Notes under the pieces: model-generated
The model's input: only the letters and a program-made list of their open reading frames with translations
Database searches by the model: none
Told to the model about the DNA's origin: nothing
Shown: piece after piece, positions 12,826 through 28,467 of the stretch
Numbering within the stretch: the stretch's first letter is position 1
How the letters are laid out: each line of letters begins with the position of its first letter
Position numbers and translations under genes: made by a program
Source of the DNA: Utricularia gibba
Lineage: Eukaryota; Plantae; Magnoliophyta
Length of the DNA stretch: 64,000 nt
Assembly: GCA_002189035.1 (NCBI GenBank)
Contig: CM007991.1
Span: 2,542,001 to 2,606,000, forward strand
Direction: 5' to 3'

Positions 12826-15503
12826 ATGGCAGTCGAGGGTACTCCCTTCTCTCGGTTCTGTTTCGCAGCACGGAGGACCAAGCCGATTCATCCGACGTCG
12901 GATTTCGATGGAGGCCTTATTCGCCGTTTGGGCCTATTTGATCTCATTCTAATAGGCATCGGCGCCTCTATCGGTGCTGGGATATTCGTCGTCACAGGAA
13001 CTGTCGCGCGTGATGCTGGACCTGGTTAGCAGCTCCAATACCACTCCTTCTTTTAATGATTCAGCTGCATTAGCCACTGTTTACATCATCCCAGTTAATA
13101 ACTGTGGTTGCTTTGATATAAATTGAATGTCTTGGCCAGTGATTTTTGTGACGCGCTTCTTGGAAAATCTTTTGGCGGAACTAATGATGTTGATGTGAAA
13201 CCATTGTAGAGAAAGGTGTTTATTTGAACTTGTTTTGTTTCTCTTCCATGGTGCAGGAGTAACGGTCAGCTTCATCATCGCTGGAATATCTTGTGTGCTG
13301 AATGCGCTTTGTTATGCAGAACTTTCTTCTCGATTTCCTGCTGTTGTAGGGGGTGCTTACTTGTACACATACTCAGCCTTCAATGAGCTCACAGCCTTTT
13401 TAGTTTTCGCACAGCTCATGTTTGATTACCACATTGGGGCTGCAAGTATAGCACGTAGTTTAGCGAGCTATTTGGTTTCGATTCTGGAAATGATTCCATC
13501 CCTCCATGATAACATTCCGAATTGGGTGGGGCATGGTGAAGAAGTTATGGGAGCATTATCTATCAATGCCTTAGCTCCACTGATCCTCATTTTGTTGACT
13601 ATTATTTTATGCTGGGGAGTTGGTGTGTCTTCAGCCATTAATTCAATCATGACGGCAACAAAGGTTGTCTTTTATTCTTTTCAATGTTTTTGTCATGAGT
13701 CTGTTACTGGTGGGGATCCCTCTGCATCTTATGTGAATTGCACAAATTTAAATATTTTTTTGTGTATTATATTCGACAAAAACACTTACTTTTAACCCAA
13801 AAAGATAGTATACCACTGATATTCATTTGGCTCTCTTGTTTTGCCAGGGTCCTTCCTTTAGATATTAGTGTGTGAGTTTTATGGTGTCTTAAATGCTGCA
13901 TCTGCAACCTGTTTTACCGACACTATGTCTAACAAATAGGCTCCTTCTGCAGGTTCTGATTGTTATATTTGTTATTATTGCTGGAACCTTAAAGGTTGAT
14001 ACCGCAAATTGGACACCTTTCGCTCCAAATGGTTTTAAGTCAATATTAACAGGAGCAACAGTGGTTTTCTTTGCATATGTAGGATTCGATGCAGTTGCTA
14101 ATTCTGCAGAGGAGTCCAAGAAGCCCCAGGTGCGGTTCACTTAACAGTTTTGTATCATCTGAAGTACTGCTTTTAGCTAGCGTCCGTTTATACCTGCAAC
14201 TTTCTGTGGTGATTCAGGTTGATTTACCCTTGGGCGTAATGGCTAGCCTCCTGGTTTGTGCTGCATTATATATTGCCGTCTGCCTGGTTATCACAGGAAT
14301 GGTACCTTACCAACAGCTTGGTGAAGAAGCACCTCTGGCTGAAGCTTTCACCGCCAACGGCATGAAGTATGTTTCAATATTGATCAGCATAGGTGCTGTT
14401 GCTGGACTTACAACAACGCTCCTAGTGGGGCTCTACGTTCAGGTTAATTTCGTTTATCAGATCTAGAGAATACTTTGTCTGAACGTGCAGTCCCTAATTT
14501 TCCTGTGGTAGCAGTCTCGGCTATACTTTGGACTTGGGAGAGATGGCTTGCTTCCATCCATATTCTCCAAAATACACCCAATTCGACACACCCCAGTGCA
14601 TTCACAAATTTGGGTAGGCCTTATTGCTGGCATAATGGCTTGCCTTCTCAATGTCCATGTCCTCTCACATATCCTATCAGTTGGATCTTTGGTATGCTTT
14701 TTTCTGCTTCCCACTTTCCCAAAATTGCATTTCTCTGTTTTAATCATTTGAAGGGTGTAACTAATGGCTGCTCTATGAATTCATGCTTCAGACAGGTTAC
14801 TCAGTTGTTTCCGCTTGCGTCGTAGTCCTGCGGTGGAATGATGCAACACAAGGTCATGGATCCAATGCAAAACAATCTCATAGAGGCGAGGGCATCATTT
14901 ACCTAGTAGCAGTTGCAGTCTGCGGCTTTGCTGCCGGAGCAATCTTCCGTTTTAGCACCAAATACATTTTCATGATCGCACCTGGCATTGCGGCAATCGG
15001 TTTCATCACAGCCCTTTCCTTGCGGCAGGTTAACATCACCCATCCATGGCCCTGTTTTCATGCACACACATGATCATCCTCTACAATTTCACTTCATTCC
15101 GAATTCATGTCACAGGCTTACAATGATCCACCGGGCTTCTCTTGCCCCGGAGTCCCAGTCATTCCAGCTCTCAGCATCTTTGTCAACATATTTCTATTCG
15201 CTCAGGTGTGTGCCGTGTAGCTCAGATGAATAAGATGCAGAAACTTGTAACTCAGTACGTGTGTTTTGATGCAGCTCCACCACGAAGCGTGGGTGAGATT
15301 TGTAGTCCTGAGCATTGTTAGCCTTGGGATCTATGCCTTCTACGGGCAGTTCCACGCCAACGCAGTGAGTAGCAGAAACGTTTACTGCATCTGAATCTTC
15401 TTCCTTTTTCTGGATGTTTAATGAATGCTGTGCTCTTCGTTTCCAGGCTTCTGCTGACGCTGAGAACACTTATTCATCATCTGGAAGGTCTCTTCTCGAT
15501 TGA
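12826..15503 (+). CDS. CAT9: Cationic amino acid transporter, CAT9-like; 3' end ambiguous (stop at 15394 unspliced or 15503 spliced)
   Basis: LIRRLGLFDLILIGIGASIGAGIFVVTGTVARDAGPG, CYAELSSRFP, AYVGFDAVANSAEESKKPQ, LHHEAWVRF, YGQFHA. Confidence 0.9.
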
Positions 15504-15766
15504 AACTCTGGTCTTGTTTGTTAATATTTGATTTAAGAATAAAAAGATAATTAAAGAGTATTGTATATTAAACATTTATGTACAAATTTAAATTATTTTT
15601 ATAAGAATAAAAATTTGGTATGCAAATTTGTCAATGACTCCGACCCGGAAGCGGTGGGTGATCCGAATAGGTGTGGGGGTTAGGGTAAATGCGTACCCCC
15701 AAATTTGGAGGCACTTTCCCCTTCTTCGGATGCCAAATTCGAGGGTGTGTGTTGTCGCGAGATAGT

Positions 15767-16564
15767 ATGGACGACGCGATGATACAGTTCGAGAGAGGGC
15801 TGATTGAGGTTGAAATTGAGGCGGAAAAACTTCTGCTGGCACGGCAAGAGGTAGTGATTGATTGAATATGATGCTAGATGGACTGTGTTTGATGGTAAGA
15901 TTTTATTCCTTCGGCGTATTTTGATGGCAGCTGGTTGAAATTGATAGATCGAGGAACGGGAACAGAGAAGCTTTAACCGCGTTGAGAAAGAGGGCGAGAA
16001 CTACAAAAACAAGTGTGCCTTCGCCATTTGAATCGATAATGAGGGGTACTGATAGACAGCTTGTCCAAGAGGTCTGCAAAACCTGCGGTGATCATGATTT
16101 CAGGGAGAGTACGATGTTAATGTTTCCTGGAACGGATTTATTCATGAGCATGCCGTTTCATGCTGCCCATACGATTTTAGAGAAAGGTGGGGTGCTCCTT
16201 GCTGTTGCGATTCTCTTTCGTAGTGATTTTTTTTTTCATACACCTCGGTTGTTGATGGGGATAAATTGTCGAAAGATCATGAGCGCTTGGATTTCGACAC
16301 GAAGAAACTGCAGAGTTTTGTGAAAGAGAAGTCTTTTGTTATTTCGGAAAGTGGTGCTCTTGCTGACAAGATCAGTCCTGGCGTGCTTAGATCCTTGGTG
16401 ACGCTAACTGATAGAGAAAAGTATGTCTTTTTCATTGTTTCCTTCTTGAAGTGTATTTTTGGTGGCTATATGTGATCCCTCTCTCCTTGTCTTTAATCGA
16501 GCCTGAATATTAACATTTCGCCACAATTGCTCATTTCTCCAGGACAACGGAGAAGGGTCGATGA
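15767..16564 (+). CDS. PDRG1: p53 and DNA damage-regulated protein 1 homolog (prefoldin-like)
   Basis: Spliced MDDAMIQFERGLIEVEIEAEKLLLARQE/LVEIDRSRNGNREALTALRKRARTTKTSVPSPF...MPFHAAHTILEK/DHERLDFDTKKLQSFVKEK; resembles the plant PDRG1 family as recalled. Confidence 0.8.
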
Positions 16565-17323
16565 ATTATGTTGTCTATTCAGAGTGCGCCAGTATGTTTC
16601 TGTTTTTGCTTCCTGTAAACCTTCATTTTTTTTTAATGTGTGATAGGGCTGGTTTCAAAACCATCTCTTGCAGAGTTTGTTTACGCCTCAACTTTCTTCT
16701 TTCTTGTTTATTAGAGTACAACATTTGAATGCTATTCAAACTTCCTCCAGCAAATGTTATTTCTGATTTCTCGTTTATGGCATCCTCTTGCTCGTATCAT
16801 GGCAGATTACTGTTCTTGATCTACAAGCTTGGTTTTACATGAAAATGGTCAATTTGGGAACAGAGTATGACTGAATTGGTTGCTCTACGTAGATAGTTAG
16901 CTATCAGTAGCAACAAAGCTATGATCTTGGGACGTTGGTACTGGAAGTCTGGAACTTTGTAATTTAGACGAGTTGTTGGTACATTTTGTCTTTCCAAAGT
17001 GTCATTCGATAATTTGTTTGTCAGTATGTTTCTGAACCATCTGTCTTTGCGAACTCCACCATGAATGAAATTTTCTTTGCCAACTCTGTTTTTGGTGGTC
17101 TCTGTCAGGTATTCCTAGAAACTCATCTTTCATTGAGATGAAATCAACATTTTTAATTTCGTGTAAGTGGGCAACATGATCATATAATCTGGTAAATACG
17201 GAATACATGTAGACATGATTGCAATTCTTGATAAATGAGACCTTATGGATATATCGCTTGATTGGGATGTGTTGCAGAAACATGGGAAATCAAGTCAAGG
17301 TAGCCCAAAGATGCCATTGAAGA

Positions 17324-18529
17324 TCACATTTCTGGGTGAGTAAGGCTCCTAAGGAGAATCCCTTCAAATGTGATTCCCGGTCCAAAGGCCAAAGCCAGAC
17401 CCCATTCTTCCCCACGGTCCTTTTTCTTCAGCTCATCCCTCATGTATTCCATCACATAGAATATTGTGTTGCTGCTCACGTTTCCAAAATCCATCAGTGC
17501 GCGTCGGCTGCAGTCCAGTTTCATGCTTTCAAGTTTGAGTTTGCTCTCCAACCGTTTCAAGATTGCCGGTCCACCAGGATGTACAGCCCAGAAGAGCTCA
17601 TTGTATTCCTTCAAACCAGCCCTTTTCATTAGCTTTTTGCAGAATTCTTCTATGTTGTCCTCAATCTTCTGAGGCAAATCCCCCCAGAGTGAAGTATATA
17701 CCCTCTTCAGAAAGGCAACCGTTGATGACACCACTTGTATCAGGCAAGAACTGCTGGATTGCATAGTTGAGCTCCATGAATGGAGATTCCTTCCCCGGTA
17801 TGGGATCAGTGCCGATAACTGCTGCAGCTGCACCATCACCGAACAGCGCAGCTCCAACCAGATCATAGGGCCGAGCATTGTTCGGAGGTCGAAACCCTAG
17901 AATCGTCGTCTCAGAGGTGGTGAGCAACACCCGGCTTCCAGGGTTGTTTTCAGCTATGTCTTTGGCAACCCGGAGCCCTGTCACACCTCCATAGCAACCA
18001 AGAAAGTAGAGCATCACACGGCTAACGTCATTCCTGAGGCCAAGCTGTGCAGCCAGGTACAGATCCCCACCGGGAAGACGTATCTCGCTTGATGAAACAT
18101 AGACTATGTGTGTTATGTCTGACGCAGGTCTCCCCCATTCCTTCAGACAGGCCAAGCTTGCTTCTTTCGCCATGTCTAACACAGCCGAATTCGCTATCTC
18201 CAGCCTTTGCTTGATGGAGGGAGCGCCCTCTGTGGCCAGCTCGGGGTACTGATCCAGAATCTCCCTCGACATCACAGTGTATCTGGTCCTCACGGTAGTC
18301 GTTTTGCCTGAAAACAACCATGAACAGGATCAGAATCTTGTAATGCAACTCGCAGCAAGTGCAAAGGCAACTCACAGAGACGCTCCAGTTTCTCCTTGAT
18401 GGCTGCATCCTCGCATTTCGTATCGCGAATGAAGCCCTCAACCAGGCACTCTTGCGGCACAACTTGGCTCGGGAAGGCCTTCCCAATAGCGAGAACCGTC
18501 GCCTTTCCCGGAGTAGCAGAGCGAGACAT
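17324..18529 (-). CDS. PKSA: Anther-type type III polyketide synthase (PKSA/LAP6-like, sporopollenin pathway); apparent frameshift at 17680-17685
   Basis: GKATVLAIGKAFPSQVVPQ; catalytic Cys in FLGCYGG; WAVHPGGPAIL; GNVSSNT; LAFGPGITFEG; single conserved intron at the first Cys. Confidence 0.92.
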
Positions 18530-18996
18530 CCTCACTGGTGGCGTGTTATGCAGTTTAAAGGGAAGGTCTGGCTCTGGAAGAAGACGTATGCCCTGTTGGG
18601 AGGATGGGGATTTAAATAGGAAGACAGCGCCATTGTTGGAGACAGTTTGGTTCTAATGGAGACCAGCGTGACAGATTAAGAAACTATTTCCTTCTACTTC
18701 ACTCGCCCCTGGCGTGACAACCTCGGAACGGGGAGGCAACCTTTTCGTTTCTTTGACCTCGTGTTGGTTGTCTGAAATACAGAAATGAATATGGAAGATA
18801 AAACGAGAAAGGAAGTGGTGACATGTGACCCAAGTTTGGTTCATTCTTCAAAATGCAGCCACCTTACCCACGGAGGAGTATATGTGCATCATCATTCAAT
18901 GCCTAACTTCAAACCCAGAGTATCTCTTGCTTTCCATCTCAACAACAACTCTTATCTTCTCCTCCGACCACCACCTCGTTTCAGACGTGCTCGGAT

Positions 18997-19967
18997 ATGC
19001 ATTTTCTATGTGTTCTGCTACTTCTTGCACCGTTACCCTTTTCCGCTGCTCATGCAGCAGCTCTCTCTGCATGCCATGGCTGTGCATCTTGGGACCGTAA
19101 AGGTGGGGTATCAGAGTTCCAGCTTAAGAAGTACTTTCAAAGATTCGGGTATTTGCCTCGTAACGATTCGATCGACGCCGCCGCTTTCTTTGATCGTGAG
19201 TTGCGATCCGCAGTTAAAATGTACCAGAAAAACCATGGTCTTACTGTCAATGGAGTGCTCGATTCGCAGACGTTGTCGGAGATATCCTCTCCGCGATGTG
19301 GCGTGCCCGACGTCTCCAAGAGATACGCATACTTCAAGGGTAAGCCTCGGTGGAGAAGGAATATTCCGATGACGCTAACATACGCCTTCTCCCGAAGAAC
19401 ATGATCGCGTCGTTATCGCGTCATCAACTCCGGGGCGCCTTCCGTCGCGCCTTTAGCCACTGGGAGGCCGTGATCCCCGTTGAATTTGTGGAATCCGGCG
19501 ACTACGGAGCCGCTGATATCAAAATCGGGTTCTATTTTGGTGACCATGGAGATGGGGAAGAATTCGACGGCGTGTTAGGGGTGCTAGCCCACGCTTTCTC
19601 GCCGGAGAGCGGGAGGTTTCATCTGGACGCGGCGGAGACGTGGTCGGTGAACATCGAGGAAGCGACCACAGAGACGGCGATCGATTTGGAATCGGTGGCG
19701 ACGCACGAGATCGGGCACCTGCTGGGGCTGGCGCACAGCGATGTCAAAACCGCGGTCATGTACCCGAACTTGAAACCCAGAGAAAGGAAGGTGACGTTAA
19801 CGAGTGATGATGTCAGCGGAGTTCAGGCTTTGTACGGCACCAATCCTAAGTTCGGCTTCGGAGACTTGTCGGAATCCGATGTCTTCTCCGGCGTTGGTTC
19901 AAACCAGAGGTTTGGCGCCAACCAATTTACTGCTCTTATCTTTTTTATACTTTGGTTTTTATCATAA
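18997..19967 (+). CDS. Plant matrix metalloproteinase (M10A), intronless; apparent 1-nt frameshift at 19391-19393
   Basis: Signal peptide; LKKYFQRFGY; cysteine switch PRCGVPD; zinc motif HEIGHLLGLAH; Met-turn AVMYP; hydrophobic C-terminus (GPI-like). Confidence 0.92.
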
Positions 19968-20180
19968 TTAAAACTAATTGTACAGATACCAATTAATCAC
20001 ATAACACAATTAATTAAGATATAACTTACAATTTAATAATTAAAAATAATTAACTGATATTAAATTTAGATCATATAGGGGTAGAACTGTAAAATAACAA
20101 CTCTCCGTAGGCAATAGGACATAGAGGATGATTTTATTGGGAAATGGGATCCATGTGTTGTTGGTTGGATAAGTTGGAAA

Positions 20181-21059
20181 ATGGCGTGCCTTCTCATTCC
20201 CGCTGCTGGGAACTTCCCGCTTCGGAATCGGAGATTCGTTCGCTCCGCCGTCACGGATGAATCGTTCGCTGCTTCCGTTGAGGCCAAGAGCCGCCTTCTC
20301 AGCCTCATATCGGACGAGGACCGCGGCCTCAAAACCCAATCCAATCAGCGAAAACTCTCGGAAATAATCGGCGCAATCGATTCGTTGGCAGCCATCGGCC
20401 GCGACGCAGTCACCACCGATGAGTCTCTCACGGCGACGTGGCGTATGCTCTGGACGACAGAAAAGGAACAACTCTTCATCTTAAAGAACGCGTCGGTTTT
20501 CGGAACGGTTGCGGGGACGTGCTTCAGGTGATTGATGTGAAGAATAAGACTCTCAACAATGTAATCACTTTTCCTCCCGATGGAGCGTTTTTCGTTCGAT
20601 CGGAAATCGAGGTCGCTTCTACTCAGAGAGTCAATTTCAAGTAAGTTGTGCTATTAGCAAAATTCTTCGCAATTAGGGTTGCCTACGTACTGGGAGATGA
20701 ATATTGCAAATGATGCTGGTTTTCTAAACCCTTAAGACTGATGTCGACTCTGTTCCGCAGATTTACGAGTGCTGTGCTACGGGGCAAGGGTTGGGAATTT
20801 CCTCTTCCACCATTTGGTCAGGGATGGTATGTGAACAGGCATCATTCTCCCCTGCTAAAACCTCTACTCCAGAATCATGTTCAATGATTCCAGGGCTTTG
20901 AAGTTTGGAAACACGCTTGCTACGTCTCTTACAATAACTGATATTGCTCTGGGTTGCAGGTTCGAGTCGGTGTACATAGATGATGAGATCCGAGTAGTGA
21001 AGGACATCAGACAGGACTACCTGATAGTTGAGCGTGCTCCTTATTCCTGGAAAGAATAG
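20181..21059 (+). CDS. FBN9: Plastid fibrillin/PAP family protein, FBN9-like; apparent 1-nt frameshift at 20513-20516
   Basis: LLSLISDEDRGLKTQ, LTATWRMLWTTEKEQLFI, GDVLQVIDV...NNVITFPPDG, FESVYIDDEIRVVKDIRQDYLIVERAPYSW. Confidence 0.88.
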
Positions 21060-21478
21060 AAGCTCTTCGACTGAAGAAGATGCATTCATTGATGTGGCTC
21101 GCTCATTTCTTCTCAAGCATACGTCTGCTAAATCAAGACAGTCACAGACAAGAAGAAAGGAATGCTGGCCCAGAATGGCAGTGGTGGTAATAGGGTATTA
21201 CAGCAACCTTAATCTGGGATGAGATGCATCATCAGCTCAGGTCTTTTACAAGGTCCGATTGTCTTGTAAGGTACGGGCTCCAGTGTTCACCATAAAGCCT
21301 ATTCGGTTCCACCAGTTTACATCCTAAGGGCATCTCTGGCAGGCGACTGCCAAGTGTGTGTGTGAAAGTGAATAAACAAAACAAGAAGAAGAGAAAGATG
21401 CTGAGGAATAAAGAGGGCAGGAGAACAAATTGTTGGGCGGGGGCGCCTTTAGAACAAAGAATCCAGGAATCCTGCGAA

Positions 21479-22545
21479 ATGCTTTCTCCGATCAACCTCC
21501 TCCATCTCTTCTTCCCTATCCTTCTTCTCCACATCTCCACAGCCGGTGGCTATGTATTCGTCTACTCCGGTTGCTCGGAAGACAAATACCAACCAAACAC
21601 ACCTTACGAAGCCAACCTCAACTCCCTTCTGTCTTCCCTCCTTGCCTCCTCTTCTCGATCTCTGTACAACGCTTTGGCCGTCGGAAACGGCACTGACTCA
21701 GCCGCCTTCGGGTTATTTCAGTGCCGGAGTGATCTAAGGTTATATGGCTGCTCCACATGTGTAGCGGCCTTGATCAATCAGCTACAGCTTCTGTGTGCCT
21801 ACAACGACGGCGCCTCTCTTCAGCTGGACGGATGCTTCTTCCGGTACGAGAACATCGACTTCATTGGGAAACTCGACACCGGTTTAAGGTACAACAAGTG
21901 CAGCGCCACTGCGAGTAACCAGGCGGAGTTCCTGCAGAGGAGGGATGAGGTCTTTTGCTCTCTCGTTGTTTTTGTTTTTTTTTAACCATATAACACGCAA
22001 CATACTATTTTCACCTGCACCAGCCACTTCAACGTAGAAGATCAAAATTCCTCTGGTTTACTGCTTCTAAATTTACCACTGGGTCTGGACTAGGTGTTTG
22101 CTGATCTGTTAGCTGCTGATGGATTTCGGATCAGCGCGGCAGGGACCGTGCAGGCGTACGGGCAATGTCTGGGGGATTTAGCTGCGGCGGATTGTAGTTC
22201 TTGTCTGGCGGAGGGAGTGGATCAGGTGAAGAGCCTTTGTGGATCGGCGGCGGCAGGAGATGTGTACTTGGCCCAGTGTTACGTGAGGTATTGGGAATCA
22301 GGGCACTATAACACACCCATTTCAGGCGCACCTTCTTATGACGATGGAATGGGGAAAACAGTGGCTATAATCATCGGAGTTGTCGCCGGCGCCGCCATTC
22401 TTGTGGTACTTCTAGCCGTCTGCAAGAAAGCTCTCCGTGAGTTCCGATATCCTCTTTTCTTTTTCCACCACAACTGTTTCTGCCACTCCAAGCTCGTTGG
22501 GTTCACACAATCTTGCTCACTAAATGAACCGGCTTTACAGGTTAA
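21479..22545 (+). CDS. PDLP8: Plasmodesmata-located protein (two DUF26 domains + TM), PDLP8-like; last micro-exon ambiguous (stop 22545 or 23026)
   Basis: Signal peptide; VYSGCSEDKY; two C-X8-C-X2-C motifs (CRSDLRLYGCSTC, CLGDLAAADCSSC); CYVRYW; TM GKTVAIIIGVVAGAAILVVLL. Confidence 0.88.
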
Positions 22546-23027
22546 AATGGTGGAAATGGAGATGCACGCAACTTGCCGACTCCTTTCTTTGTATCACCTC
22601 CATTTCCGAAGAACACAGATTATTACCTTTTTTTTTAAAGAAAAAACAGATGCAGTCCTAACTAAATCTAACCACAAGCCAACGCTTCCAAGTTTGGCAT
22701 GGGACAATCTCAAGGTCTCAGATTTGAATTCCTTTTGGTGTATTACAGAAGAGCTGTATTTTTATGGAACATCATACAGCTCAGAGACACAGGAAAATAC
22801 AAAACTACTCACTTAACAGATGGGCACGGGAACAACAAATCAATAGATTGTATTCTACAACATGCAAATCTCACAGTCACAGCAGATTGTTTTCAGCAGC
22901 GTGACATCATTTTCTACTGCGTTCAATCGTGTTGACATCAAACCAATCACCAGAAAACTTAAACCTTTTCTTCTTCAGTGTATTTATAATTTAACTGATG
23001 TTACCTGTGCAGGCAGGGGGAGCTAAG

Positions 23028-24795
23028 CTATACATGGGATTCCAGTTCAGGATTTGAAGGATAATCCAGGCCTTGAAGAGCAGGAATCCGTCTCAAATCT
23101 TCTGCAGAGTAGGCGGGGATAAACCAATACCTCTTATCTAACCCAAACACCTATTACAAAACGAACTGCTGTCTCAGAGATGACAGAAGAAGATAGCCCC
23201 AAGCAGGCTTGGAGTTAGGATGCTATTTTCCTTACCTGCTCAAAGTTTCTTCTTTTCCCGAGATCATAACGCCATTTTGGGGTACTCCTCTTCTCATAAG
23301 CCTACCCATCCAGCCCACAAGGACATCAAAAAAACTCCACAGCACCAAATTATGGAGAAAACATTGAGAAGAGCGAAGATGAATTTTTTTTTCTTTGAAT
23401 TCTCTTTCTTCTGATGTTATTGCGATTCGATGCAGCTAATCAACAAAAACAGAGAAGTGTAATCATACCTCGATGGTTGTGGTATTGGCAGCAACCAGTG
23501 ACATATGCATGATCAGAAATCCCATTACGCTCAAAGCAAATGCCAGGTCCAGGACTGAAAATACAGAGTCCAGTGAACAAAAGGAGGGAAAAGGTAGATC
23601 TGGAAAAAGCCTTACCAAATGCAAGAAAAGTAGTTGCCAGCGTCCCCGGAGTCCCAGGAATCTCCTCATCGCTAAAGAATGCAATGAAACGAGGCAGCAA
23701 TGCTAATGTAACAAGAGTTGTTTCAAGGAATGTGTAGAACTGCAAAGTATAAAATAAGAAATTTAGTAGCAGAATCGTTCATTAACTGCATGATTTTAGA
23801 AGTACGCCAATAATTTGTAAAGGAAAAAGGACAATGCTACTTCAAAGCATGCAATTCAGAAACACGCCTAATCTTTAAGGAGCCGCTACATCATACCAGG
23901 AAGAGAAGGAAATATTTGTAGTTCAGCGCCCCAACACAGTTTACTACCCAGACACAGTGATGATCCATCTTCAGTACGCACCTTCCACCTAATTAAAAAA
24001 AAAATCAGATTCTACCACTCCTATAGAAGATGAAGACACCATATACGAAGACCTTGATATAAATAAGAAGCACTCACAAACAGAACAATGATGGCAACGG
24101 GGTGGTTTCAACTGGTTGCATTTTCGACAATGGCGGATTTTGCCATTCTCTGAGTTCAGAGGGAACTCGGATCCAGTCAGTCCTTCACTCTCCCCGCTTT
24201 CTATGTCTACATCTGGGCGCCAGTTTGGAGGCACACTACCAGGGTCCGTGAATACGACTGAAAAGTAGCACCATAGCAGCATTCCCAACTGCGAAAATGC
24301 ATAATTCCTGAACACTCGGGCCAATTACTTGATAAAGTCATGGTCATTTTGGAAGCCCCTATTGCTGATGTGCAAACAGCGATCATGTACTCTAAAGTGT
24401 TAACATTCACATGTTTTACAGCTAACTACTGAAGAGGCCATAATCATTTTGAAGCTAGTTAAGGCATGACCCAATGCAGGCTAGTCAACTATATATCAGA
24501 AAATACCAAAAGTGAAAAAGAAACAGTAGAAGCCAACTTCCAACGCATAAACAACCAGAAAATTGAATCTTTTCGTCGAAATTACCAGGAAATGAAACAA
24601 GATCAAAACGAGGAGAGCTATGAGAGTATCGACGCCGCCCTCTGCAAGCGCAGGACCATAATTGGTGATCACTACCGCATAATAGGAAATACCGACGACC
24701 CCGAGCACCAAGAGGACCATGATGGAGCCGAGACCCCGGAGGGCGGTGCAAAACCTGAACACATTCCATGCCATAGCCGCTCCAGATCTGTGCAT
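23028..24795 (-). CDS. PAT14: DHHC protein S-acyltransferase, PAT14-like
   Basis: [24 protein letters not shown]; [37 protein letters not shown]; NTTTIE; YWFIPAYS; stop at 23028-23030. Confidence 0.93.
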
Positions 24796-25102
24796 TATGC
24801 TGCCCTCAATCAACGGAACAATCGAGGAATCCGAAGGTGGAATTAGGGTTTATGGATTCTAGCCGCGCAGTATGCCGAATCCATCCATACCCAAAAGTCG
24901 CATCAGAATGAAACCGGACTAGACTTCAAACTTCAACATCCTCATCCTTCATCAAATTCATCAAATCAAATTACAGTTACCGTAAGTTAGTTGACTGACT
25001 TCGCCGTTAAAAAACTTCTTTTATTTTCAACACATTTACAGCACTGTAATTTCTCGGCGTGAGGGATCCTCAAAGCAGAACACCGAACACAGCTCTAGCG
25101 CC

Positions 25103-25325
25103 ATGGCTCAGGCAGCATAACCTCAAGAACAGCAGCATAATGCTACCTTGGGCATATGTCGGTGGGATCAGGGATCACCATCTTTTATGATCCGTGGATG
25201 CTCCAACGATCTTCTCAAGACGAGACGCTCAGCAAATCGAGAACGAGGAGAACAAAACGGGGACGAGAAAATCAGATCCTCAGCTTCTGCTGAAACTTCT
25301 GGAGTGGTAGGGAAAGCTGAAGCAG
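25103..25325 (+). pseudogene. Possible decayed GRF (QLQ+WRC) gene relic
   Basis: Ordered patches over shifting frames: QEQQHNA, HMSVG, HHLL, DAQ..RRT, G-EKIRSS, K..E, (G)KL-EA, loosely matching QLQ and WRC consensus. Weak by-eye similarity. Confidence 0.3.
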
Positions 25326-25601
25326 GCGTAGGTTCCTGTCTCCTAGAAGCGCTTCTGCCTCACGAAGGTGAAATGGAAAAGCAATTAATTTAAACATGTG
25401 ATTGTAACTAAATATTAATTAATTTTCAACCATATTTAATAATGAAGGAACACCATATACATGCTCATGTGTAAGCACAAGTGCAGTGCTTGTGTGAAAA
25501 TACAAGTGTTTATGCAACAACAGAATGAATATTCACAGCAGCACCAGAAGACACAGCGCGGTGCGGCCAAGACGTCTGTCTGTCTGTTCTGTACCATGGA
25601 G

Positions 25602-28467
<2,866 letters not shown>

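Noticed and set aside
20724-20732. CTAAACCCT telomere/telomerase-template-like motif
   Set aside because: Single 9-mer inside an FBN9 intron; no array and no snRNA-type USE promoter.
25280-25375. LITTLE ZIPPER (ZPR)-like LR....LL...N..LL pattern on the minus strand
   Set aside because: No start codon, only leucine-spacing similarity, and it conflicts with the plus-strand GRF-like patches.
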